Origin: a virus
Taxonomy: Duplodnaviria; Caudoviricetes
Virus record (IMG/VR): IMGVR_UViG_3300021185_002017
Reading direction: 5' to 3' (one strand)
DNA: 64,000 nucleotides
A model generated the notes under the pieces. The model was not told the origin of the DNA, did not search any database, and saw only the letters and a program-made list of their open reading frames with translations. Both the position numbers and the translations under genes were made by a program. Below, in pieces: positions 9,473-19,200 of this stretch. Positions within the stretch are counted from its first letter, which is position 1, and every line of letters begins with the position of its first letter.

Positions 9473-9501
9473 ATTATACAGAAAAACCTGCATGATGTCA
9501 A
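9473..9501 (-). promoter_or_regulatory. Host sigma70-type (early) promoter, perfect consensus
   Basis: TTGACA (9496-9501), 17 nt, TATAAT (9473-9478) on the minus strand, upstream of the porin gene. Confidence 0.85.
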
Positions 9502-9598
9502 GTGTTTGTAGGTATTATTTAATTCGGTTTTTTAGGGTAAAAAAGTGCCTGTTAAGTTCTCGCCGTGTTTAATCACAGCAATAACATAGATACTCAAA

Positions 9599-10309
9599 CT
9601 ATTGTAAAATAGACGAAATCCTGTCGTAAAGGTCTTTGTGTGCTTCTGCACCTGGGTGGCAACCATCTGGAAATAAGTTGCTAGATTGCATATTAGAAAT
9701 AACTGCTTCTGCTAGAGTAATATGTTTGGAAAGATTATCGGCTCTAACATCTAAATCTAGTAGAGAAGGCACAGCACTGCTAAGATGATCTGTGGCTTTC
9801 ATTGCTAATAATTCTGCTCTCCAATCTGGTACACAATAATGTACCTGTAGATATGAGTTCAACGCAAATGGATCTAACGGTGCTGCACCGCCAATTGCAA
9901 TTAGTTTAGCATTAGGAATTTTTTGTAGTATATTGTTTATACCATTGTATGTGAGATGTCTCAATTCACTTAATTGACTATAGAGTAATGTAGCATCAAC
10001 TTTATCTCTGTCTCTAAGTAAACTTGTACACATCCAAATAATATAATCTATGTTAGTGTCTTGTTGTAATGTTAATTCTGTGTACTCTTCTGATGCTAGT
10101 TGTAAGTCGCATACAGTGTTTCCATCTAAAAGACTTTCAGCACGATCAATTGCTTGTAAGTTACTACTGCCATTTACAGAAACATTGTATACATTGTGCC
10201 CTGCATTTGCTAACAATCTCGATAAATGATGATTACCATTTGCTGTACCTTCTGCTACCATAGGCCAATCTGGTACACCGTAACTATCACCTAACATTAA
10301 TATATTCAT
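9599..10309 (-). CDS. SGNH/GDSL-family hydrolase (esterase)
   Basis: Block I GDSY near the N-terminus (MNILMLGDSYG), block II NGSSN, block V PDGCHP (DxxH). Confidence 0.75.
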   Translation of the reverse strand: MNILMLGDSYGVPDWPMVAEGTANGNHHLSRLLANAGHNVYNVSVNGSSNLQAIDRAESLLDGNTVCDLQLASEEYTELTLQQDTNIDYIIWMCTSLLRDRDKVDATLLYSQLSELRHLTYNGINNILQKIPNAKLIAIGGAAPLDPFALNSYLQVHYCVPDWRAELLAMKATDHLSSAVPSLLDLDVRADNLSKHITLAEAVISNMQSSNLFPDGCHPGAEAHKDLYDRISSILQ

Positions 10310-10314
10310 AACTG

Positions 10315-10322
10315 TATTTATT
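10315..10322 (-). promoter_or_regulatory. Late promoter variant (AATAAATA)
   Basis: Lies between the gp23 terminator and the SGNH start codon. Confidence 0.5.
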
Positions 10323-10328
10323 TAAGTC

Positions 10329-10357
10329 AAAAAAAAGCACACTAAAAAGTGTGCTTT
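10329..10357 (-). terminator. Rho-independent terminator after the major capsid gene
   Basis: AAAGCACAC-6nt-GTGTGCTTT stem followed by a T run on the minus strand. Confidence 0.85.
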
Positions 10358-10384
10358 CTCTTATTCTTATAAGTCTGTTAAGGC

Positions 10385-11524
10385 TTACTGGAATGCTACG
10401 TTTGACAATGAAATTGCATCAACGTAGTCTGCTGCGTTACCCAAAGATGAAGCAGTGTTTGTTAGTTCTTTATAACCATAACGTGTCATAAAGCTAACTA
10501 CTGGTTCAAATGTGCTTGGATCCATAACTGGACCTGTGCTCATTAATGGGATATATGGGCAGTAGAATGCTGGAGCATCTGATTCGCTTGAACCTTTGTA
10601 ACCAACAAGTACTTTAGTACCGTCAGCTGCGTAGTTGTCTACGAATACTTTGATTGTTCCGTTTAATGTTCCAACAAACTTAGTGTTTGTAGGAGCGTCA
10701 AAAGAACCTTCAGTTGTTCTTGCGAACGTTGAAGTTGATGCACTTTGCAAGATTGTTAACGCTTCTGGAGATACTACAATGTAGTTACCTGCACCACGTC
10801 TTGTTCTTGCTGCGATTCTGTTAGCTGCTCTATTGATTTCAATAGCCAATGCTGCGTGTCTGTCACCAACGTATACTGATTGTCCACTTAAAGAACTAAA
10901 GTCTAAAGTAGTACCAGCACCTGCTAATGAACGTAATGAACCGATAATTTCTTGGTCGATTTCAACTACGATTTCTTGTGCTAAAGCCTGCATAATTTCA
11001 GCTTCAACATCAACACCGTGCATTGATTCTGCATCTTGAGCTGCCTCAAAAGTCCAACGAGCTGATAAACGTCTAGTTTTAGCTTCTACTGTTTCTTTTA
11101 AGATCTGAATGCTCATTTTCTTACCTGGGTTTCCTTCAGCTGCTGCTGTAGCATCTGGAGAACCTGCGTAAGTTGAAGCAAGTTTGAAAGGACTTAAAGC
11201 CTCATCACCTGCTGTTGCCCCACCTGCAGTTTCCGCATAACGGACTCTTAGTGTGTGGATTTGGCCAACTGGACCAGTCATTGGTTGAACACCGACTAGC
11301 TCGTTAGCTATTACTGAAGGCATAACCCTTCTGATTAAAGGTAACATTACCTTGTTTAAAGTTGCGACTGAACCTGCACCTGTAGCACCTGTAGTTGCGG
11401 CCTCTGACAAATAGCGTTTTGTATTTTCGAGGACCACATCCAATGAAGATTTTCTGTTTCCAGAAACACCTTCGAGCAATGCTTCTTTGGTTGCGGACCA
11501 GTTGCTTTCAAATAAATTTGCCAT
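10385..11524 (-). CDS. gp23: Major capsid protein, T4 gp23-like
   Basis: LIRRVMPSVIANELVGVQPMTGPVGQIHTLR, VEAKTRRLSARWTFEAAQD, FYCPYIPL, FMTRYG motifs. Confidence 0.95.
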   Translation of the reverse strand: MANLFESNWSATKEALLEGVSGNRKSSLDVVLENTKRYLSEAATTGATGAGSVATLNKVMLPLIRRVMPSVIANELVGVQPMTGPVGQIHTLRVRYAETAGGATAGDEALSPFKLASTYAGSPDATAAAEGNPGKKMSIQILKETVEAKTRRLSARWTFEAAQDAESMHGVDVEAEIMQALAQEIVVEIDQEIIGSLRSLAGAGTTLDFSSLSGQSVYVGDRHAALAIEINRAANRIAARTRRGAGNYIVVSPEALTILQSASTSTFARTTEGSFDAPTNTKFVGTLNGTIKVFVDNYAADGTKVLVGYKGSSESDAPAFYCPYIPLMSTGPVMDPSTFEPVVSFMTRYGYKELTNTASSLGNAADYVDAISLSNVAFQ

Positions 11525-11539
11525 TATTAATTACTCCTG

Positions 11540-12649
11540 TTATTTTGAAAGTCCGGCTAGTTTTTTAATGTAATCTAATTCAACTACATTATCTGTTTCG
11601 TCATCAGAAGCTGCTTTCACAGTTTCTTTGTTACCAGTGTGTTCTTTAATCACTGATTCAGACAATGTCTTCTTAACTCTAGGTGTTTCGCCATCTAAAA
11701 CGCTAGGTAAGTACTTGTTAAAAGCACTTTCTAGTTTTTCAGTGGTAACACTTTCAAGTAGATCTGACATAATTTCTTTCTTCTCTTTGCCAAGTGGCGC
11801 CATTAGTTCGTTAAGTGTCTCTTTACGAGTATAACGATCTTCTGCTATTTTTAACTTGCTTTCAGTAAGTTTAGATGCTTCTTGCGATGCTTCTATAGTT
11901 GCTGTTGCTTCGTTAATCTTAGTTTCCATCTCAGCGAGTGTTCTCTGTAATGTCTTAATTTCTTTGCTTTCGTTTAAGTACGATGTGTTGTACTCGTTAG
12001 CGAAAGATTCAAAAATTCGACGTCCAAAGTCATTTTCACGAGCTTTAGTGATGTCATTACGGAAAGATTTAACTTCTTCAGTGATAACTGTGTTGATTTT
12101 ATTCTCAACCAAGTCAGCTGCTTTAGAAATGAAAGCCTTCTTAGCATTCGCTAATTGTGCTTTACCTTCTCTTACCATTTTAACTTTTTGCTCTACTAAT
12201 GATTTCTTATCTTCGTGGAACTCAGCAATTTCAGTTGCTAAAGATTCTGTAATAAACTCATCAAGTTTAGTAACATGTTCTGCTACTCTTGATTTGTCTG
12301 CTCTTAGTTCTTTAACTTCTTTTGCTAAGTTTTCAGTTACGAAAGAATTTAATAGTTTAGCGTGTTCACTAATGGCTTTGTGATATTTGACTCTGTCTTC
12401 CGCCAATGCACCTTTTTCTTCTGCAATTTCTGCCACTTCTGCTGTAACCTTATCAGTGATAAAGTTATCAACTGCTTCAACGATCTTGCTCTTATCGTGC
12501 TCGTATCGTTGTGCAAACTCCTCACGAAGTTCTGCAGTAAGTGATTCTCTTGCTTCAAGTACTTTGGCTTCCCATGCTTCTTGTAGAGATTCTTTAACTT
12601 CAGAAGTTAAATCTGTCCCTTCAATTAGGTCTTTAAATGTCACTGCCAT
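11540..12649 (-). CDS. gp22: Prohead scaffolding protein, gp22-like
   Basis: Long coiled coil, E/K-rich, located between gp21 and gp23. Confidence 0.85.
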   Translation of the reverse strand: MAVTFKDLIEGTDLTSEVKESLQEAWEAKVLEARESLTAELREEFAQRYEHDKSKIVEAVDNFITDKVTAEVAEIAEEKGALAEDRVKYHKAISEHAKLLNSFVTENLAKEVKELRADKSRVAEHVTKLDEFITESLATEIAEFHEDKKSLVEQKVKMVREGKAQLANAKKAFISKAADLVENKINTVITEEVKSFRNDITKARENDFGRRIFESFANEYNTSYLNESKEIKTLQRTLAEMETKINEATATIEASQEASKLTESKLKIAEDRYTRKETLNELMAPLGKEKKEIMSDLLESVTTEKLESAFNKYLPSVLDGETPRVKKTLSESVIKEHTGNKETVKAASDDETDNVVELDYIKKLAGLSK

Positions 12650-12668
12650 AGTAGTCTCCTACTTCCTG

Positions 12669-13295
12669 TTATATTTTTAATTCTTTGATAAGTTTGTGAA
12701 TCTCACCTACCAAATGTTTTTCTGCACTCATGTCGTGTGTAACTTGTCCGGCTAATTCGTGCAACATTGCACCGCCTTTCATGTTAAATAGACTCTCATA
12801 GATAGTCTTAGGATAAGCATCCGGTGCACTAGGCTGGGCCACAATGTCGACTGTTATAATATCAAAGTCAGATACTTTACCTGACTCATTTACATTACCA
12901 CTGCCTCTACTGCTCACGCCTAGCTTCGCACCTGCTTTTAACAATGCTTTCGCTATGTTACCCATCGGTGTATCTATGATTTTTAATTTGCCTAGTCCAT
13001 TAGCGTCATCACAATGCATTTCTGTAATGATATGACTTACTCTATCTAAGTTAATTTGTAACTCTTCTGGGTGATCTAACTCGCCCATTACAGTTTCACC
13101 TTCACCTAAACGGTTACGAACACTCTCTACAGCACGTTGGATCTCATCTTTAGGATATACTCTTCCATTTTGATTTTTTACATCGCCTTGAATGAATAAT
13201 CCTTGCATGAAAAGGTCTTTACCGTCTTGTGACTCCATAATCTGCACATTAGCAGCACTTGGACTCAAATATTCGTATAGCTTTCTGGATTGCAT
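12669..13295 (-). CDS. gp21: Prohead protease, gp21-like
   Basis: NQNGRVYP, GELDHP, LGVSSRGSG, DIVAQPSAPDA motifs. Confidence 0.95.
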   Translation of the reverse strand: MQSRKLYEYLSPSAANVQIMESQDGKDLFMQGLFIQGDVKNQNGRVYPKDEIQRAVESVRNRLGEGETVMGELDHPEELQINLDRVSHIITEMHCDDANGLGKLKIIDTPMGNIAKALLKAGAKLGVSSRGSGNVNESGKVSDFDIITVDIVAQPSAPDAYPKTIYESLFNMKGGAMLHELAGQVTHDMSAEKHLVGEIHKLIKELKI

Positions 13296-13313
13296 CTTAA
13301 TTTATTCTCCTAC

Positions 13314-14075
13314 TTACGCCTTTTTAGGCTCAACTTTAATGTTGTCTGTAGGTGTGTGATCTTTTGCACTTTCGCCTTTAACACCTTCGCTACCGTCTTT
13401 TGCTTTTACTGGTGAACCAGCGCCTGCTACTTTAGTTGCTTTTGGTGCTTTAGTTAAAGGTGACTCGGATGAATCTGCTTCGCCTGCTTTAGGTGCTGCA
13501 ACATTATCAGATAACTTAGTTGCTTCTTCAACAACTTCGTCTTCTTCTTCAATTGCTTCTTCTTCAGATTCTTCAACTGCTTCTTCGTCATCTTCAGTTG
13601 CTTCATCTAAATCATACTCAACACTTTCAAGATCAAGTTCTGCTTCTTCTTCGTCGCCTAACTCAGCTTCTGGCTCATCACCAGCTGCCATTAATGCGTC
13701 AAATTCTGCTTTTAATGATTCTAATTCGTCTGCGATATCTTCGACTTTGTCTTCTAGGTCTTCTTCACCTTCTGACTCATCTTCACCTTCTTCGTCTGAC
13801 TCTTCGTCACCGAAAGGCATTTCTTCGCTTTCTTCGTCGTCGTCTTCGCCGATTTCATCTGCTTGGACTTCGTCTTCGTCTGAAGTAATATCATCTTCAA
13901 AGTCATTACTTTGATCGATAACTTCAGTCACTTCTTCTTCCTCTACCTCTTCATCAAGAAGGCTTTCATATTGCTCACGGGCTTTGTCTACGACATACTC
14001 GTGTAACAACTCTTCGGCTTTCTCATTTTCTTCAGCAAGGAGAAGTTCTAATATTGATTCTAACTTCTTAGACAT
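13314..14075 (-). CDS. Hyperacidic prohead core protein (gp67-like position)
   Basis: Extremely D/E-rich with a K/A/P-rich C-terminal tail; AAGGAGG RBS; syntenic between gp68-like and gp21. Confidence 0.7.
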   Translation of the reverse strand: MSKKLESILELLLAEENEKAEELLHEYVVDKAREQYESLLDEEVEEEEVTEVIDQSNDFEDDITSDEDEVQADEIGEDDDEESEEMPFGDEESDEEGEDESEGEEDLEDKVEDIADELESLKAEFDALMAAGDEPEAELGDEEEAELDLESVEYDLDEATEDDEEAVEESEEEAIEEEDEVVEEATKLSDNVAAPKAGEADSSESPLTKAPKATKVAGAGSPVKAKDGSEGVKGESAKDHTPTDNIKVEPKKA

Positions 14076-14137
14076 TGTGGCCTCCTTAATTGTTTATAAT
14101 GCAAACTTACGCCAATAAGAATTGCATGATTACCATT

Positions 14138-14145
14138 TACTTATA
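14138..14145 (-). promoter_or_regulatory. Late promoter variant (TATAAGTA) with TTTAA 8 nt upstream
   Basis: Intergenic, upstream of the core/protease/scaffold/capsid genes. Confidence 0.5.
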
Positions 14146-14231
14146 GCAATCTATTAAATTTGTGTTATAATGGTGTTTTTTTGGTACCAAAACAGTCATA
14201 TAATGACTTTTCTGGTCAAATGTGGGTGTGA

Positions 14232-14432
14232 TTACAACGTTGGCTCTTCGCCACCTGCTTTGTACATAACTTTTACAAACTTTGTATGTTCTATGTCTTC
14301 TGCTCTGCTGATTTCTCTAACTTTTCTTAACTTGTTTAATTCTTTAAGTGTTAGTTTAGATTTTCTAGTATCCTCTTCGGCTCGTAAAGTTTCTTGGTCT
14401 CTACTAGGTTCGTAAAATTCATTAATTTTCAT
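14232..14432 (-). CDS. Small prohead core-associated protein (gp68-like position)
   Basis: 66 aa, overlaps the portal stop (TAATG), TRKSKLTLKELNKLRK motif. Confidence 0.65.
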   Translation of the reverse strand: MKINEFYEPSRDQETLRAEEDTRKSKLTLKELNKLRKVREISRAEDIEHTKFVKVMYKAGGEEPTL

Positions 14433-16153
14433 TATATTAATTGCTCGCCTTCTGCCGGTGGAACCGTATTATCTGTAGTTGTATTTATGCCATCTGCCCC
14501 TAAAGCAGGATCTTCAAGCCCAGAAAGGTCCGGTTCTGCATTAATATCAACTGCTGCATCAGGTTCTGGTCTAACACCTATGTTTTTAAGTGCGGCTGCT
14601 TTCTCATTATCTTGATATTTTTGATAATCGTTCTCTTCACGCCACATCTCTTCGTTGCTCTTCATTTCGTTGTCGCTTAGACCCATATACTTTTGTAAAG
14701 CAAATCGCTTACTCATATAAGGTAACTGTGCAACCTGATTAAACATTTGAGCTCTTTCTGTATTAAGTTGTAGTTCTCTATAACTACTAAAGTTCATTGG
14801 CTTATTAAACAACATTCTAAATGTGCCGTTATCAATGTCAATGCCTTTGAACTTTAAGAAAAGTTTAAATTCTCTGTCTAAATCTTCTTGTACTTGTTTT
14901 TGTAGTCTTTCAACATATTTTGCAAATCTATATTCCTGAATGTATGCAACACCTACTTTACCATCGTTGTAAGTAGCACTTCCATCGTCTGGTCCTGTTG
15001 GCAAATAACTAGCAGGAATACGCAAACCTCTTAATAGTTTGTTATTAAAGTATCTTAAGTCGTCTATTTGTCCTAAGTTCTCACCACCTGGTAGTGTATC
15101 AACTTTGGAACCTCTGCCGTCTGCTGTTTGTGCAAAGAAGTAGTCTTCTAACATGCTCATTGGATTGTATGCACTGTCTGTTACACTGCTACCGTCGCCT
15201 TTGCTGTTAGGTACTCGTTTTTGTTGTACTTCGTATTTTACTCGTTCTAAGTATTGCTGTGCTTTGTGTGCAGGCATGTTACCTACATCAATAAAGAATA
15301 CTCTTCTTTCAGGTGCTCTATGCACTCTGTAAATAATAATTGAATCTTCTAATAGTTCTTTTTGCTTGAACACTTTAAAGATAGGTTCAAGTATGCTAAC
15401 ACCAAATGGCCATGCATGGTCCATTCCTTCTGTTAAACTAACATGCACAACATGTTTTGCATCAACTGGAACACCTTCGCCGGCACCCTCAACTGAGCCT
15501 GTCATGTAGTTGTTGCTTACAGTGTTAGTAGGACTCATTATGCCTGTTAAGCCTTGTCCACTACCATATGGTCTAGCATGTAATGCTGCTGGGTCTGTTG
15601 CAACTTGTTCTGCAAAGTTTGCTTCTAGGTTTTTAATAAAGTATTGCTCTATCTTCTTACCTTCACTTTCGTTAACAACAACCTTTTCAATGTTTGCAGG
15701 ATCTACCCAGTACAATTCATATGTTTCTGGATCTCTGATAAAGAACTGGTCTCCGTACTTACATGTGCTACGGAACATTCTAAATGCACGTTTATGCATT
15801 TTATTTAATCTTACCCAATTATGTAATGTCTTATCTATAATTTTTGCTTCTGTATCACTCGGAGAGGACAAAAAGTCAATAGTAAAAGGTAATCCGGAAT
15901 AATCGTTTTCTTGTGTGCCAAATTCAGCAATAGTATCTAACGCCGCATTTACTTCTAAGTCTGAATCCATTTGATCGTACTGAACATAACGCATAAGCCT
16001 ATTAGGGCTACCTGCATATACTTCTGGCAACCAACTATTAAACCTGCTTGTTGCCGCCGCACCAAATGTGCCGTCTGCCTTATCTGCACCCGTTTGGATG
16101 TTTAAAGGTAAACCTGAGTTATCAAAGGGTGTAAAATGCTTTCGCCAGCTCAT
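14432..16153 (-). CDS. gp20: Portal protein, gp20-like
   Basis: LLEDSIIIYRVHRAPERRVFFIDVGNMP, EDYFFAQTADGRGSKVDTLPGG motifs. Confidence 0.95.
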   Translation of the reverse strand: MSWRKHFTPFDNSGLPLNIQTGADKADGTFGAAATSRFNSWLPEVYAGSPNRLMRYVQYDQMDSDLEVNAALDTIAEFGTQENDYSGLPFTIDFLSSPSDTEAKIIDKTLHNWVRLNKMHKRAFRMFRSTCKYGDQFFIRDPETYELYWVDPANIEKVVVNESEGKKIEQYFIKNLEANFAEQVATDPAALHARPYGSGQGLTGIMSPTNTVSNNYMTGSVEGAGEGVPVDAKHVVHVSLTEGMDHAWPFGVSILEPIFKVFKQKELLEDSIIIYRVHRAPERRVFFIDVGNMPAHKAQQYLERVKYEVQQKRVPNSKGDGSSVTDSAYNPMSMLEDYFFAQTADGRGSKVDTLPGGENLGQIDDLRYFNNKLLRGLRIPASYLPTGPDDGSATYNDGKVGVAYIQEYRFAKYVERLQKQVQEDLDREFKLFLKFKGIDIDNGTFRMLFNKPMNFSSYRELQLNTERAQMFNQVAQLPYMSKRFALQKYMGLSDNEMKSNEEMWREENDYQKYQDNEKAAALKNIGVRPEPDAAVDINAEPDLSGLEDPALGADGINTTTDNTVPPAEGEQLI

Positions 16154-16183
16154 AAATCTAATAGTCCTGTCTTATTATAATAC

Positions 16184-16191
16184 TATTTATC
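16184..16191 (-). promoter_or_regulatory. gp55-type late promoter (GATAAATA)
   Basis: GATAAATA 30 bp upstream of the portal ATG, with TTTAA 7 nt further upstream. Confidence 0.7.
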
Positions 16192-16228
16192 AACTATTTT
16201 AAAGTATAAAATTTAATATTGGCTGTGG

Positions 16229-19200
16229 TTAGAAACTGTCTGAAAGATTTCCAGTAAGTTTGTTACCTGATCTAAGTAGTTTATTTGTTTGTTCTTGGTT
16301 TTTAACCATTTGCTCAAATAACTCTTTGTTTGATGTTCCTGGTATTTCTGCTGCTTTGCCGCCTGTGTCTGCTTCTGCTTGTGCTGTTTTTAGTTCTGGT
16401 TGCTGTGTTTGTACTGTTTCGCCTACAGGATTCATTGCTTTAGCAACACTAGGCGCCTGTGCTCTAGCTCTGGCTGCATCTTCTGGAGATACAGTAGAAG
16501 CCATGCCGCCTTGTTTCATTGTATCTCGTCTGCCTGCTCCTCTTGCTTTAGCACGTTCGAACGGAGTCATTTCTGCACGAGTTTTAGTTACTGCTCCTGT
16601 GTCTACTTCTGCTCGTTTAGCATTATCGAGATCCATTTGTGCTAATGCTACTTCGCCGTCTAATGCTGTCTGCTCAGTGATATCTGCAAAATCATTTATA
16701 CCTTTTGCCTGTGCTGCAACTGCTGCATCTAATGCTTTCTGTGCTTCTTCTACAGATGGTGTATCTGGCGATACCATAAGATCATCGCCGTACTCTGCAC
16801 TAAACGATGCACCTGTGTAGCCTTCTTGTTTGCTAGGAGTTGTTGTATCAGTAGGTGTTGGTTGCTCTTGTTGTATCGGACCAAATGTTTTCATAGCAGC
16901 CATCTTCATCAAGTCCATCATGTTGATGTTGTCCATGGACTCGTTTAATGTGTCTATGCCTTCTGCTAAATGTGCAAACTGTTTTCCTGCTGCTTTGCCG
17001 TCTAACTGCTCCATTGCTGTATTAAAGTTTTCAACTGTTTGGCCCATGTTGTTCATGTTCTCTGTCATTGAAACTATTGCCGGTGCTGCCGCTCCAATCT
17101 TAGCAAGTTTATCAAACGGTGATTCAGAACCAAACAAACTACCTAGTCCATCAAGTACTCCGCTAATTAATCCACCTGCACTAAATGCTGCCATACCAGC
17201 CGCTAGTGATACTAAACCAGGTCCTAGTAATAATACATTTTTAGGGTCTACATCGTTAAGCAGTTTGAAACTGCCCATTAGTTCAACCATTGCTGGGGCA
17301 GCAATTTTAACTGCAACTGCAAATGGAACAAGTGCTAAGCCTAATGCACCAATTGCTAATGCACCTACGCCTATTACTGGTGCTATAGGTGCTAACAAGA
17401 ATGCTGCCGCTCCTAATACACCTAATGCTACTGCACCTGCGGCTACGCCTGCCCAGTTAATGTCTGCAAACTGTTGGAATGCTTTTCCTGCAACAAACAT
17501 TGCTCCGCCTAATGCACCTAATACAACTGTACCTAGTAATGCTTTAGGATCTCCTAAAACTTTTAAACCTTGTCCTAAACCTGTTAATGTTCCTTTTAAT
17601 AAGCCGCCTATACCTGCACCAATACCTTTACCTGCATCGCCTATGCCTTTGGCTAATGAACTTATGCTTTTTTGTATGCCTTTAGCAATATTGCTTACAG
17701 AGTTGCTAATACCTTTGCTTAAATTTGTTAGCACATCAGATATACCTTTGGATATATCTTTCATGCCTGTTGCTAATGACTTTGTAAAGCTCTTAGATTT
17801 TTTACTTGCAGTGTCCATGGCTTTTGAACCCATGTCCATTTCTTTTGCTTTGCCTGTGATCTTGTCTTTGGCTTTACCAAACAAGCCATCAAGTTTGCCG
17901 CCTGTTGCTTTGCTTATACCGCCTGTGACTTTGCCCATCATGTTCTTAGCACCATCCATCAAAGACTTGCCCATGTTAGCAAACATCGATGGCATTGTTT
18001 TACCAAAGAGGCCTAACGCACCGCTTAATACTTTAAAGCCTACTACGCCCAGTGTTACTACACCTAGCAGTTTACCTAGCATATTACTAAGTCTTAGTCC
18101 GCTACTTTCTCCGTCACCGAAGATATTTGCTAATGCAGAAACTTTTTCTCCTAAGTAAGAGAAGACGGAAGTAATTGGACTTAACACTGCCATAACAGTA
18201 TCTAATGCTGATGCAAGTACTTTAAATGCAAATACAACTGGGCCAATGAAAACACCTAGCACTTTCATAACACTCATAAAGCCTTTACCGAACGACATGA
18301 TACCTGAACCAATATCTTTTGCTGTTTGTATCATATCCGGTATTTTTTTAATAAAGTCTGCAATATATTCTGCGGCAGTTCCTATCATAGGTATTAATCG
18401 TTCGCCGAACGATTTACCTAAACTTTTAGCACCTTTTGTTAAATCAGTAACACCTTCGAGATTTTTCATACCAAAGATTTCGCCAATTACTGGCATCAAT
18501 GCTTCGCTGATTGTTTTTTGTGCTGATTCAAATGCTTTAGTTAGTTTGCCTGTCTTGCCGCCAAGTTTACCTAAGTCGCCTACAGCATTACCTAGCCCAC
18601 CTAAGAAGCCTAATTTTAAACTTTCAAAGATACCAGTAATCTCTTTCATTATCTTAGATAATGTATTAGTACCGGTTTGTACGCCGTCCATGGTTAAACC
18701 TGCACCCATGTCTTTAATCTTTTTAGCAGATGCTTCAAATTGTATAATGGCTTTTGCCATACTAGCGGCCTGTGCGTCACCTGCTCTGTCTAGTAAGAAT
18801 ACTCTTTGTTTTTCTGCATCGGACAAATTACCAAGTTGCTGAGTCATGTCTAACGCCATTTGTTCAGCGTCTTCTTGACTTAGTGTACCGTTTTTAATTT
18901 GCTTAATGTAATCATTCATTGGGCCTGCTAAACTAGGCAGTGTTCTAATGTACCCAGTCATGCTTTCACTGAAGCCCATTGCGCCACTTGCCGCTGCTTC
19001 TGTCATTGCGGCTGCAATTGCTCCGCCTTCTTCTCCGCCCATAGCTCTCATAGTACTACCAAAATCAGTAATACCTGAGATAACTTTACCTCTTAATTCT
19101 TTGTCAAACTTTAACAAACTAGATGTAAGTACTGGAGTTTGCTGTATTAAACTGTCTGTAAACGCAACTATGTTATCAACACTTTCACCAAGTACTGATG

